A stretch of 64,000 nt of DNA from assembly GCA_963775425.1 (NCBI GenBank), contig CAVZJB010000011.1, positions 992,001-1,056,000 on the forward strand, in the 5' to 3' direction. Shown piece after piece: positions 1 through 8,753 of this stretch; the stretch's first letter is position 1, and every line of letters begins with the position of its first letter. This DNA comes from an uncultured delta proteobacterium (GTDB lineage Bacteria; Myxococcota; UBA727; VGSZ01). Under the pieces are notes generated by a model, which had not been told where the DNA came from, searched no databases, and worked only from the letters and a program-made list of their open reading frames with translations. Both the position numbers and the translations under genes were made by a program.

Positions 1-1248
1 CTGGCCACCTCGGGCGGCGCCGACGTGGTGTGGACCGCCGCGCAGAAGCTCAACCTCACCTACTGCGTGAGCAGCGCCTTCGGCTCGACCAAGCAGGCGG
101 CGGTGACGCAGGCGATGGTGGGGGCGACGGCGGCGTGGGAGGCCGCCACCGACGTGCACTTCGTCCACGACGCCTCGCAGGACGGCTCCTGCACCGCGTC
201 CAACAACAACGTGCTGTTCGACGTGAACCCCGTGAACGCCGGCGGCCAATACATCGCGCGCAGCTTCTTCCCGGACAGCGGCCGCTCGGCGCGCAACGTG
301 CTCATCAATCCCTCGGGCTTCCAGCTCTCCGCGCCGCTCACGCTCACCGGCGTCCTGCGCCACGAGCTCGGGCACGTCCTCGGCTTCCGCCACGAGCACA
401 CGCGCCCCGAGGCGGGCGCGTGCTTCGAGGACAACAACTGGCGGCCACTGACGCCGTACGACAGCGCGTCCGTGATGCACTATCCGCAGTGCAACGGCAC
501 CGGCGACGGCTCGCTGTCGCTCACCGCTCTCGACAAGGAGGGCGCGGCGTCGGTGTACGGCGCGTCGGGTACGCCGCCGCCGCCGCCGCCCGAGGGGAAC
601 GCGCGCACGACGTCGTCGAGCGGCAGCGTGGGGCAGGGACAGGAGGCGCAGGTCGGCTCGTTCGCGGTCGTCGAGGGGTCCACGTTCACGGCGACGATGA
701 GCGGCACGGGCAATCCCAATCTCTACGTGCAGTTCGGCGCGCCGCCGACGACGACGTCGTACACGTGTCGGCCGTACACCAACGGCGCGAACGAGACGTG
801 CACGGTGACCGTGCCCGCCGGCGCCACCGAGGCCTACGTCATGGTGCGCGGCTACGCGTCGGCGACGTACACCGTGAACGTCTCGTGGCTCGAGCCCGAC
901 GGCGCCGCGCCTCCTCCTCCTCCTCCGCCGCCGTCGACCTCGGGGACGGAGCAGACCGACACGCAGAGCGGCTCCGTCGCCCGCCGGCAGAACGCGACGT
1001 TCCCGGCGTACAGCGTGGTGGGCGGCACGCACTTCACCGCGACCATGACGGGCAGCGGCGACCCGGACCTCTACGTGCGCTTCGGTGCGGCGCCGAGCAC
1101 GTCGAGCTACGACTGCCGCCCCTACGTCAACGGCGCCACGGAGAGCTGTGACCTCACCGTCCCAGACGGGCAGACCACGGCGTTCGTCATGGTGCGCGGC
1201 TACACCGCGGCGACGTACGCGGTGACCGTGACGTACACGACGCCCTAG
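1..1248 (+). CDS. Secreted zinc metalloprotease (metzincin, M57/matrixin-like) with two C-terminal PPC domains; 5' truncated by the window edge
   Basis: HELGHVLGFRHEH (HExxHxxGxxH) and Met-turn SVMHY; two repeated domains (GTGNPNLYVQFG, GSGDPDLYVRFG, each with CRPY..G..E.C) joined by poly-Pro linkers; frame open from base 1. Confidence 0.85.
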   Translation: MATSGGADVVWTAAQKLNLTYCVSSAFGSTKQAAVTQAMVGATAAWEAATDVHFVHDASQDGSCTASNNNVLFDVNPVNAGGQYIARSFFPDSGRSARNVLINPSGFQLSAPLTLTGVLRHELGHVLGFRHEHTRPEAGACFEDNNWRPLTPYDSASVMHYPQCNGTGDGSLSLTALDKEGAASVYGASGTPPPPPPEGNARTTSSSGSVGQGQEAQVGSFAVVEGSTFTATMSGTGNPNLYVQFGAPPTTTSYTCRPYTNGANETCTVTVPAGATEAYVMVRGYASATYTVNVSWLEPDGAAPPPPPPPPSTSGTEQTDTQSGSVARRQNATFPAYSVVGGTHFTATMTGSGDPDLYVRFGAAPSTSSYDCRPYVNGATESCDLTVPDGQTTAFVMVRGYTAATYAVTVTYTTP

Positions 1249-1310
1249 GCCCGTCGACGTACGCGCGGCGACGGACGACGGGAGGCGTCGTGGAGTGATG
1301 CGATGCACGC

Positions 1311-3029
1311 ATGCGCACCACGATGCTCGCCCTCCTGTTCGTCACCGCCTGGGCGGGAAGCGCGCGCGCCGACGACGTGTGGACCACGCCGTTTCCCGGC
1401 GGCGCGCACCTGCACCGCTTCGGGGGCGGCCAGGACGTGAACGTGCTCGTCGTGGACCTGTGCGCGCCGGGGATCAGCGTGCGCACGACGGCGGCCGGCG
1501 AGAAGGGGCGCACGGTGTCGTCGTTCGGCGCGCTCGCCGGCGCCGCCGCGGCCACCAACGGGGACTTCTTCGATGGCAGCTTCAACCCCGACGGACCGGC
1601 GATGCACGCCGGCAACGCGTGGGGCGGCGTCGATCACGGCTACGTCGCGCCGGTGGCCTTCGGCGACGCGCTCGTCGACATCCCGCACCACGCGAGCACG
1701 AGCGGGCCCGCGGCCGGGGCGCGCGAGGTGGTGGGCGGGCACCCCACGCTCCTCGACGACGGCGCGGTGGTCGGCAACCCCGGCGATCCGCTGTGCACCA
1801 ACCGCCACCCGCGCACGATGGTGGGCGTGACGCAGGATCACACGCACTTGATCATGGCCGTCGTCGACGGGAGGCGCGCGGGCGCGGCGGGGATGACGTG
1901 CGACGAGGAGGCGGCGCTGCTCGCGGAATTCGGCGCGTTCGACGCGGTGAACCTCGACGGCGGCGGCTCGAGCGACATGTGGATCGGCGCGGAGGGCGGC
2001 GTGCAGAACCGGCCGTCCGACGGCGGCGAGCGCGCCGTCGGCGATCACCTGGCGATCATGGCCGCGGGCGCGGGGCCGTCGCCGCAATGCCCGACGCCGC
2101 CGTCGTTTCGCGCGGAATTCGTGGCGCAGTCGTGGCCGTACGCGAGCCTGCCGCCGGTGCAGATCTACGAAGGTGACGTCGTGGACGGCTCCATCGACCT
2201 GCGGAACACGGGGACGGAGGCGTGGGGGCCGGACACCAAGCTCGCGCCCATCCCGCGCGATGTCGCGTCGCCGCTGGCGGCGCCGTCGTGGTTGTCGCCG
2301 ACGCGGATCTCCAGCCCGGGCGCCGTCGCGCCCGGCGAGGTCGGCCACTTCGCGCTGCCGCTCGCAGGGAACGCGGCCGGCGACTACGACCAGTTCTTCG
2401 GCCTGGTGCAGGAGGGCGTGACGTGGTTCGCCGACGCGGGCGGCCCGGGCGACCACCTGCTCGAGGTGCGGGTGACGGTGCTGCCGCGTCCGGCGTTCCG
2501 CGGCCGCGTGGTGGCGGTGGACATCCCCGATGCGGTGGAGCTCGACGACGTCGTGGAGGCGCACGTCGACGTCGAGAACACCGGGAGCTCGATGTGGGAC
2601 GACACGGTGCGGCTGGCGCCGACGCCGCGCGACGTGGCGTCGCCGCTCGCGGCGGACTCGTGGCTGTCGCCCGCGCGCGTGACCACCGCGGACGGGCCGG
2701 TGGCGCCGGGGGAGACGGGGCGGTTCACCTTCGAGATCCACGGCGCGGCCCTCGGTCACGTGGACCAGACCTTCGCCCTCGTCGCCGAGGGGGTCACGTG
2801 GCTGGCGGACAGCGGCGGCCCCGCCGACGACGCGATCACCGCGTCCGTCGACGTCGTGGAGCCGGGCGCGCTGCCGCCGGAGGACCCCGCCGTCGACGAC
2901 GACCCCGCCGTCGGCGGTCGCGGGGCGGCGCAGGTGCGCAACGGCTGCGCGGCGGGCGGGCTGCCGGCGCCGCTGGTGCTCCTCGTGGCGCTCCTCGCCC
3001 GGCGTCGATCCCGACGGGATCCGTCGTAG
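1311..3029 (+). CDS. Phosphodiester glycosidase (NAGPA-like) protein with two Ig-like (NBR1-type) repeats and MYXO-CTERM-like tail
   Basis: Signal peptide; TNGDFF, RHPRTMVG, VVDGR, AVNLDGGGSS motifs; repeated N(T)G..W...LAP.PRDVASPLAA.SWLSP.R; ends in GCAA, a hydrophobic helix and RRRSRR. Confidence 0.8.
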   Translation: MRTTMLALLFVTAWAGSARADDVWTTPFPGGAHLHRFGGGQDVNVLVVDLCAPGISVRTTAAGEKGRTVSSFGALAGAAAATNGDFFDGSFNPDGPAMHAGNAWGGVDHGYVAPVAFGDALVDIPHHASTSGPAAGAREVVGGHPTLLDDGAVVGNPGDPLCTNRHPRTMVGVTQDHTHLIMAVVDGRRAGAAGMTCDEEAALLAEFGAFDAVNLDGGGSSDMWIGAEGGVQNRPSDGGERAVGDHLAIMAAGAGPSPQCPTPPSFRAEFVAQSWPYASLPPVQIYEGDVVDGSIDLRNTGTEAWGPDTKLAPIPRDVASPLAAPSWLSPTRISSPGAVAPGEVGHFALPLAGNAAGDYDQFFGLVQEGVTWFADAGGPGDHLLEVRVTVLPRPAFRGRVVAVDIPDAVELDDVVEAHVDVENTGSSMWDDTVRLAPTPRDVASPLAADSWLSPARVTTADGPVAPGETGRFTFEIHGAALGHVDQTFALVAEGVTWLADSGGPADDAITASVDVVEPGALPPEDPAVDDDPAVGGRGAAQVRNGCAAGGLPAPLVLLVALLARRRSRRDPS

Positions 3030-3084
3030 GGGGGACGAGCGACGAACCGATGGTGGCCTTTGCCGCGGCGCCTAGGGTGCGCGC

Positions 3085-4215
3085 ATGCGCTCGTTCCTCC
3101 TCGCTGTCGTCGCCGCGGCGCTCCTCGGGGCGTGCAACAACGCCGTCAATCCCCTCACCGGCCGCGCACCGGCTTCGAGGGGGAGCGACGGCGGTGTCCC
3201 CGACAGCGCCGGGGACGGCGCGGACGACGCAGGCGCGGGCGCGGGCGCGGGCGACGGCGACGGTGACGGCGCGGGTGACGGCGCGGGCGACGGCGCGGGC
3301 GACGGCGCGGGCGACGGCGCGGGCGACGGGAGCGGCGGGGGAGCCGGCAACGGGACCGGTGGCGGCGCGGGCGACGGGAGCGGCGGGGGAGCCGGCAACG
3401 GGACCGGTGGCGGTGCCGGGGCGGGTGCCGGGGCGGGTGACGGGGCGGGTGACGGGGCGGGTGACGGCGCGGGCGACGACGGTGCCGCGGTGGCGCCGGC
3501 GTTCTGCGAGTCGTTCGCGGCGTTGAACGCGCGAAGCGTCGAGGGAAGCGCGCTGCAGGACATCGTGCGTCACCTGCCCGACGATCAGGTCGACACGTAC
3601 TGCGATCCCGACCGCGTCACCTGCGCGCACGAGGTCACGCACGGCATCCACGCGTACCTGCGCAACCACCACCAAAGCGCCGTGCGACAAAACGCGTTCT
3701 ACATCCTCGCGGACCGCGCCTGCTTCGTCGACGAGCCCGACATCTGGAAGCACGACGCAAACGCGTTCGTCCCCCAGGCGCTGCGCGGGTTTCGCTACGA
3801 CACGTACCTCGCCGGCCAGAGCGCGTGGGACGACACGCCGCTGTACCTGTGGGACGAGTGGAACGCCTACATCAACGGCGGCGAGGCCGCGCTCTCGCTC
3901 TACGACGAGGGCCTGTGGGGCACGGAGTGGCGCGACCAGTCCGGCGTCACCGAATTCATCGCCTACGGCACCGCCGTCGCCATGGCCGCCGAAGCGCTCG
4001 ACACGCACCACGAAGACCTCGACGCCATGCTCGCCTACCTCGTGCGCCGCTCTTTCGCCCTCCACCGACGCTTCACCGCCATCTCCGAATTCCAGAGTGA
4101 CGACGTCGACGCCGCCGTCGACATCCTCCGCACCGGCGACGCCGCCGCGCCGCTGCGCGACTACTGGACGCGCACGTTCGGCGACGCGTGGGTCGAGGCC
4201 ACCCTCGCGCCGTAG
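3085..4215 (+). CDS. Lipoprotein with Gly/Asp/Ala repeat stalk and putative HExxH metallopeptidase domain
   Basis: Lipobox LGAC; (GDGA)n low-complexity linker; HEVTH plus downstream DEWNAY. Confidence 0.65.
   Translation: MRSFLLAVVAAALLGACNNAVNPLTGRAPASRGSDGGVPDSAGDGADDAGAGAGAGDGDGDGAGDGAGDGAGDGAGDGAGDGSGGGAGNGTGGGAGDGSGGGAGNGTGGGAGAGAGAGDGAGDGAGDGAGDDGAAVAPAFCESFAALNARSVEGSALQDIVRHLPDDQVDTYCDPDRVTCAHEVTHGIHAYLRNHHQSAVRQNAFYILADRACFVDEPDIWKHDANAFVPQALRGFRYDTYLAGQSAWDDTPLYLWDEWNAYINGGEAALSLYDEGLWGTEWRDQSGVTEFIAYGTAVAMAAEALDTHHEDLDAMLAYLVRRSFALHRRFTAISEFQSDDVDAAVDILRTGDAAAPLRDYWTRTFGDAWVEATLAP
3230..3477 (+). repeat. Coding tandem repeat: 12-bp GDGA units plus a duplicated GDGSGGGAGNGTGGGA block
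   Basis: ggcgacggcgcg units repeated; ggcgacgggagcggcgggggagccggcaacgggaccggt occurs twice. Confidence 0.85.
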
Positions 4216-4232
4216 GGTGGTAGCTTGCGCGG

Positions 4233-5108
4233 ATGATTCATTGCCCTCAGTGCGGGAAAGCCTGCGCCGACTCGTTCAAGTTCTGCCTCGGCTGCGGCGC
4301 GGACCTCGGCGCCGCGGTCGATCTGCAAAGCGCGATCGAGCAGCCGACCTTCAGCGCGCGGCGCCCCTCGGTCCCGCCGCCGCCGCGGGAGCCCACCAAG
4401 CGCACGCGCGGGATCATCCACGCGTACACGGGCGCGCAATTCGTCGGGCGCCTGCTCGGCATGATCTTCACGGCCATCGGCCTCGTCATGTTCCTCGCCT
4501 TCGGTACCGACATGATCTTCGACGTCGCCGTCAGCGTCGCCGGCAAGCCCGTCAAGGGCGTCGTCACCGGCGTCCACACGCTCAGCAGCGTACGCGTCAA
4601 CCACTCGCACCCGCGCGTCATCGAGTTCAGCTTCGACGGTCATCACGGCGCATCGAGCACGCTCGACTTCTCCCGCTTCCGCGACTTCCAGCCCGGCTCG
4701 CCCGTCGACGTCGACGCCGTCCCCGGTTGGCCGGCGGCCGCGCGTGTGCACGGCACCATGCGGAGCCCCGTGGGGTGGTTCGGCTTGTTCCCGCTGCCGT
4801 TCCTCGGCGTCGGGCTCATCGCCTTGTTCATCGCGGTGCGCTCCAACCGCCGCGAGATCCGCGCGTTTCGCTTCGGCGTCGCCGCCGTCGGCCGCGTGAA
4901 GTCCATCGGGCTCGACCGCAGCGTGCGCGTCAACGGACGCAGCCCCACGCTGCTCTCCTGGGAGTTCGACGTCGCCGGCAAGACCTACGGCGGGTCGCTC
5001 TCGCACATGGACGGCGGCGTGCTGCGGCCGCTCGTCGCCGCGGACCACACCGTCGCCGTCGTCTACGACCCGAAGGACCCGCGCGCGAACACGCTTTACG
5101 TCGTCTGA
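4233..5108 (+). CDS. Zinc-ribbon membrane protein with two DUF3592-like OB modules
   Basis: CPQCG...FCLGCG double zinc ribbon; two TM helices; C-terminal VVYDPKDPRAN motif. Confidence 0.7.
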   Translation: MIHCPQCGKACADSFKFCLGCGADLGAAVDLQSAIEQPTFSARRPSVPPPPREPTKRTRGIIHAYTGAQFVGRLLGMIFTAIGLVMFLAFGTDMIFDVAVSVAGKPVKGVVTGVHTLSSVRVNHSHPRVIEFSFDGHHGASSTLDFSRFRDFQPGSPVDVDAVPGWPAAARVHGTMRSPVGWFGLFPLPFLGVGLIALFIAVRSNRREIRAFRFGVAAVGRVKSIGLDRSVRVNGRSPTLLSWEFDVAGKTYGGSLSHMDGGVLRPLVAADHTVAVVYDPKDPRANTLYVV

Positions 5109-5338
5109 AGCTCAGCGAAGCGTGCCGTGGATGACGCGGGGGACGAGCCCCCACGCCACGCGCGACGACGCGCTCAGGTCCAGGCGGCGCTGGTTCCGCG
5201 CGCTCGTCCGCCGTCACGTCCTCGCGGCCTACAAGGTCGGCGGCACCACGCCGCTCGCGTGAGCGCGCTTCCAGTCAGCGCTGACCGCATTGACACGCGC
5301 GCGTCCTCGCCCAAAAACGCCGCCTCCCCGGGGGTCCC

Positions 5339-6295
5339 ATGCGTTCACTCTGCTCTCGCCATGTCCTCGCGCTCGCCGTCGTCGCGGGCGGCGTCGCGCT
5401 CGCCGGCTGCGGCCAGGAGCCCGTGCAGGTGGTGAAGAACCGGCCGCCGCTCGCCGTCGCCGGCGCCGACGTCGCCGTGCAGCGCGGGGCGCCGGTGTCG
5501 TTCGACGGCAGCGCGTCGAGCGATCCCGACGGCAGCATCGCGTCGTTGTCCTGGGACTTCGGCGACGGCGTCGGCGGCGACGGCGCGCTCGCGTCCCACA
5601 TCTACAACGCCGGCGGCGCGTACACCGTCACGCTCACCGTGAAGGACGACGACGGCGCCGCGGCCACGGACAGCCTGGTGGTCACCGTCGACGACAACGA
5701 GCCGCCGGTCGCCGTCGTCACCGTCACGCCGGAGACGGCGGCGGCGGGGCAGAGCGTCCGCTTCGACGGCAGCGGCTCGAGCGACGCCGACGGCGTCATC
5801 GCCACCTACGACTGGGACTTCGGCGACGGCGAGGCGGGCGCCGGCCCCGTGTTCGATCACGCCTTCGCCGCCGGCGGCAGTTACGACGTCGTCCTCACGG
5901 TGCACGACGACCGCGGTGCGGAGGCGTCGGCCACGCTCACGTACATCGTCACGGACACGGTCGACTACGGCGGCCAGTGGAGCTGGACCCTCGTCGACCC
6001 CACGCAGCGCGACGGCGGCCTCGTGTGCGGGACGTTCGAGGACTCCATGCTCGACATCCTCACCAGCCCGCCGCAGATCACGGTCACCGAGAGCGCCGGC
6101 AGCACGAGCCTCACCTACGCCGGGTCGCTCGCGGATACGCACTTCGACGTGAGCAACACGCAGTTCGGCATCGTGCAGGAGATCGTCGCGGACTTCGATT
6201 CGCCCACGTCGTTCACCGGCGTGTACAAGATCGATCCCGGCTTCGGCTCCGGCTGCGACGACCGCGCCGTGGTCGGGACCAAGGTGTCGAACTGA
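5339..6295 (+). CDS. PKD-domain lipoprotein
   Basis: Lipobox LAGC; two PKD domains (FDGSASSDPDG..WDFGDG; YDWDFGDG). Confidence 0.85.
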   Translation: MRSLCSRHVLALAVVAGGVALAGCGQEPVQVVKNRPPLAVAGADVAVQRGAPVSFDGSASSDPDGSIASLSWDFGDGVGGDGALASHIYNAGGAYTVTLTVKDDDGAAATDSLVVTVDDNEPPVAVVTVTPETAAAGQSVRFDGSGSSDADGVIATYDWDFGDGEAGAGPVFDHAFAAGGSYDVVLTVHDDRGAEASATLTYIVTDTVDYGGQWSWTLVDPTQRDGGLVCGTFEDSMLDILTSPPQITVTESAGSTSLTYAGSLADTHFDVSNTQFGIVQEIVADFDSPTSFTGVYKIDPGFGSGCDDRAVVGTKVSN

Positions 6296-7227
6296 TGCGC
6301 GCGCGCGTCTGTGCGCTGGCCGCGCTGCTCTCTGTCGCCGCCTGTGGGCGACCCGTGCCGGACCAGGCCAGCGCGCCGCCGGCGGTGGCCATCGTGGCGC
6401 CGAGCGAGGCGTTCGCCGGCGACGACGTCACGTTCGACTCGAGCGCGTCCGATGACGGCAGCGTGGTGTCCCTGCGTTGGGACTTCGGCGACGGCGACAG
6501 CGCCGAGGGCGCGCGGGTGACGCACGTGTACGCCGAGGCGGGCGGCTACGTGGTCGCGCTCACCGCCGTCGACGACGACGGCGAGACCGGGAAGGCCGAG
6601 CAGGTGCTGACCGTCAGCGCGCCGCACCCGGTGGCGTCCTTCGCGGTGTCGACGGCGAGCGCGGCGGTAGGCACCGCGGTGACGTTCGACGCCGGCGGCT
6701 CCCGCGGCCCCGCGCCGCTCGTCCACTACGCGTGGACGTTCGGGGACGGCGACAGCGCGGACGGCGTCGTCGTCAGCCACGCCTTCTTGCGCACCGGCAC
6801 CTTCCACGTCGGGCTCACCGTCACGGACGACGCGGGCGCCGACGACCACACCGCCGTCGACGTCGACGTGGTCCCGGTCGACGTCAGCGGCACGTGGACG
6901 TTGTCGGCGTCGCCGTCGCCGTACGCGTGCGCGAGCTACGCCGCGCCCTTCCCCGAGAGCTCGCTCGTGCTCGGCGCCGACGCCTCCGGGGCGGTGACCG
7001 CCACGGGCGCGTCGGGCCGCGTCTACGCAGGCACCGTCGACGGCGCCGCGCTCTCCCTGCGCGGGACGGTCACGCTCGACGCTGGCTCCTGCGGCAGCGC
7101 CCCCGTCGACGTCGCCCTCGACGCCGTCGTCGACGGCGACACGCTCGACGGCCACGCCACGGCCTACTTCGACCTCGCCGTCGGCTGCCAGTGCTCGGCG
7201 GGCTTCACGGTCCACGGCACGCGCTGA
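6295..7227 (+). CDS. PKD-domain lipoprotein, paralog of the upstream gene
   Basis: TGATG overlap with the upstream stop; lipobox VAAC; WDFGDG and WTFGDG PKD motifs; beta-rich Cys-containing C-terminal domain. Confidence 0.8.
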   Translation: MRARVCALAALLSVAACGRPVPDQASAPPAVAIVAPSEAFAGDDVTFDSSASDDGSVVSLRWDFGDGDSAEGARVTHVYAEAGGYVVALTAVDDDGETGKAEQVLTVSAPHPVASFAVSTASAAVGTAVTFDAGGSRGPAPLVHYAWTFGDGDSADGVVVSHAFLRTGTFHVGLTVTDDAGADDHTAVDVDVVPVDVSGTWTLSASPSPYACASYAAPFPESSLVLGADASGAVTATGASGRVYAGTVDGAALSLRGTVTLDAGSCGSAPVDVALDAVVDGDTLDGHATAYFDLAVGCQCSAGFTVHGTR

Positions 7228-7230
7228 AAG

Positions 7231-7385
7231 GCTGACGAAAAACAAGGCTCGTAGCAGCACTCGGCGAAGCCGCCCACAAGGTGGCTCGCCGCGCGGAGTA
7301 CCTGGCGAGGCACGTCGGCGCGCAAGAACCGCTGCAGGTTGTGAGGAAACGGCGGGACGAGCGGTGTTGTGATCCCGCTATCAGC
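7231..7385. mobile_element. Putative MITE / palindromic element (about 155 bp)
   Basis: Ends GCTGA...TCAGC; left end GGCTGACGAAAAA; colinear imperfect complementary arms around GTACC-TGGCGA-GGCAC; directly after a stop codon. Confidence 0.45.
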
Positions 7386-7762
7386 GCACACGTGGCGGGT
7401 TCGTGCGGGTCGTGTGCGCGCCGACGTGCCTCGATGCGACGTCGGCGCGGACTTCAGGCGGTGAGCTTCGCGAAGGCTAGACAACGTCGCCACCGCCGGA
7501 GCTCCTTTCCGCTCCGCCGTGTGGCCGTCGCACCGTCTCCTTCCGGGTGGCTCGGATCAACGGTCCCTCGTCGCCACTCGCGGCGCTCTCGATGACGCGG
7601 ATCCCGATGGATCACGTTACGCGTCAGCCTCTGACTCGGCGGGACGGCGCTTGTCGCGCCGCCACGAATGTCTATGCCGCGCGCCCTCGGCGCCTTTGTC
7701 GCCCCCCCCTTGTGCGGCGCGTCGGACGGCACCGCAACGACGACGGCGCCGGGCTTTCCGAC

Positions 7763-7786
7763 GCGGGGGACAAGCCCCCGCCCTAC
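7763..7786 (-). repeat. GTAG-type REP element
   Basis: Minus strand reads GTAGGGCGGGGGCTTGTCCCCCGC: GTAG tetranucleotide followed by a perfect 7-bp GC-rich stem. Confidence 0.65.
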
Positions 7787-7796
7787 GGGTGGTCCG

Positions 7797-7912
7797 TGGA
7801 GCCGACGTCGCGAGTGGCACGTCGATGGAGCCGACGTCGCGAATGGCACGTCGATGGAGCCGACGTCGCGAATGGCACGTCGATGGAGCCGACGTCGCGA
7901 ATGGCACGTCGA
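7797..7912. repeat. Intergenic tandem repeat, 4 x 29 bp
   Basis: TGGAGCCGACGTCGCGA(A/G)TGGCACGTCGA at 7797, 7826, 7855, 7884, head-to-tail with no spacers. Confidence 0.95.
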
Positions 7913-7951
7913 CGGCCGGCGCCTCGCGCGTCCGGGTGGTACGATCACGGC

Positions 7952-8728
7952 ATGCGACACGCGCTCTTCTTCGCTGCATCGGCCGCGCTCCTCTCCGCAG
8001 GCGCGGGGCGGGCGCAGGACTGCCGCACGCCCGACGAGGTGCTCGCGGGCATCGTCATCCCCGCCGACGGCACGAGCGGCGTCCCCACCAACGTCACGCC
8101 GTTCGTCGGCACCGGCGGCGCGCTCGAGCTCCTGCTCGTCGGCGACGACGGCAACGAGGTCCCCGCGCAGATCGAGGCCATCGCCGTGGGCGAGCCGGGC
8201 GGCATCGGCGTCGGCGCCGCGGGCACCATCAAGCGCATCGTCCCCGCCGGCGACCTCAACCCCGGTGAGAACATCACCGTCGTCGCCGACGGCGCCGCGG
8301 TCACCCACTTCACCGTCGGCACCGGCCGCGACGACCAGGCACCGCTCGCGCCGGACGCCAGCGTCGGCGAGAGCTGCAACAGCCAGGCAGCCGCCTCCAT
8401 CACCGTCGGCGTCGCCACCGACGACGCCGTGCTCTTCGTCGGCGTCGTCGACGGCCAGCCCACGCTCGGCGCCGGCGCACGCTTCGACGGCGCGTCGTCG
8501 GGCAGCGGACAGCTCGTGGTGTTCGGCAGCGGCTCGGCGGACGTGAACGTCGCCGGCGTCGACCTCGCCGGCAACGTCGGCGCGTCCACGCCCGTCAAGG
8601 TGCAGTTCCCCGACCTCCCCGCGCTGTGCGCGTGCACGTCGTCGTCGTCGGGCCCGGGCGCGCTCGGCGCTGCCGCGGGCGTGGTGCTCGGTGCGGTCTT
8701 CTTGCGCCCGCGGCGTCGAGCGCCCTGA
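7952..8728 (+). CDS. Secreted Ig-like protein with MYXO-CTERM-like tail
   Basis: Signal peptide MRHALFFAASAALL; PADG.SGVPTN and DLAGN motifs; ends in CACTS, a hydrophobic helix and RPRRR. Confidence 0.7.
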   Translation: MRHALFFAASAALLSAGAGRAQDCRTPDEVLAGIVIPADGTSGVPTNVTPFVGTGGALELLLVGDDGNEVPAQIEAIAVGEPGGIGVGAAGTIKRIVPAGDLNPGENITVVADGAAVTHFTVGTGRDDQAPLAPDASVGESCNSQAAASITVGVATDDAVLFVGVVDGQPTLGAGARFDGASSGSGQLVVFGSGSADVNVAGVDLAGNVGASTPVKVQFPDLPALCACTSSSSGPGALGAAAGVVLGAVFLRPRRRAP

Positions 8729-8753
8729 CGGTCGCGGGGCGTCGCCCCTCGCG

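Noticed and set aside
5109-5320. Gene remnant (RWFRALVRRHVLAAYKVGG) and a TTGACA -35 box at 5290
   Set aside because: The fragment is too short to assign, and there is no convincing -10 box at the right spacing.
7231-7385. Integron attC site or known riboswitch
   Set aside because: No RYYYAAC/GTTRRRY ends, no integrase or cassette array, and no recognisable riboswitch consensus.
7450-7700. Small ORFs or ncRNA in the intergenic gap
   Set aside because: No motif, RBS or clear fold I could support by eye.
7797-7912. 29-bp repeats as a CRISPR array
   Set aside because: Units are contiguous with no unique spacers, and there are no cas genes in the window.
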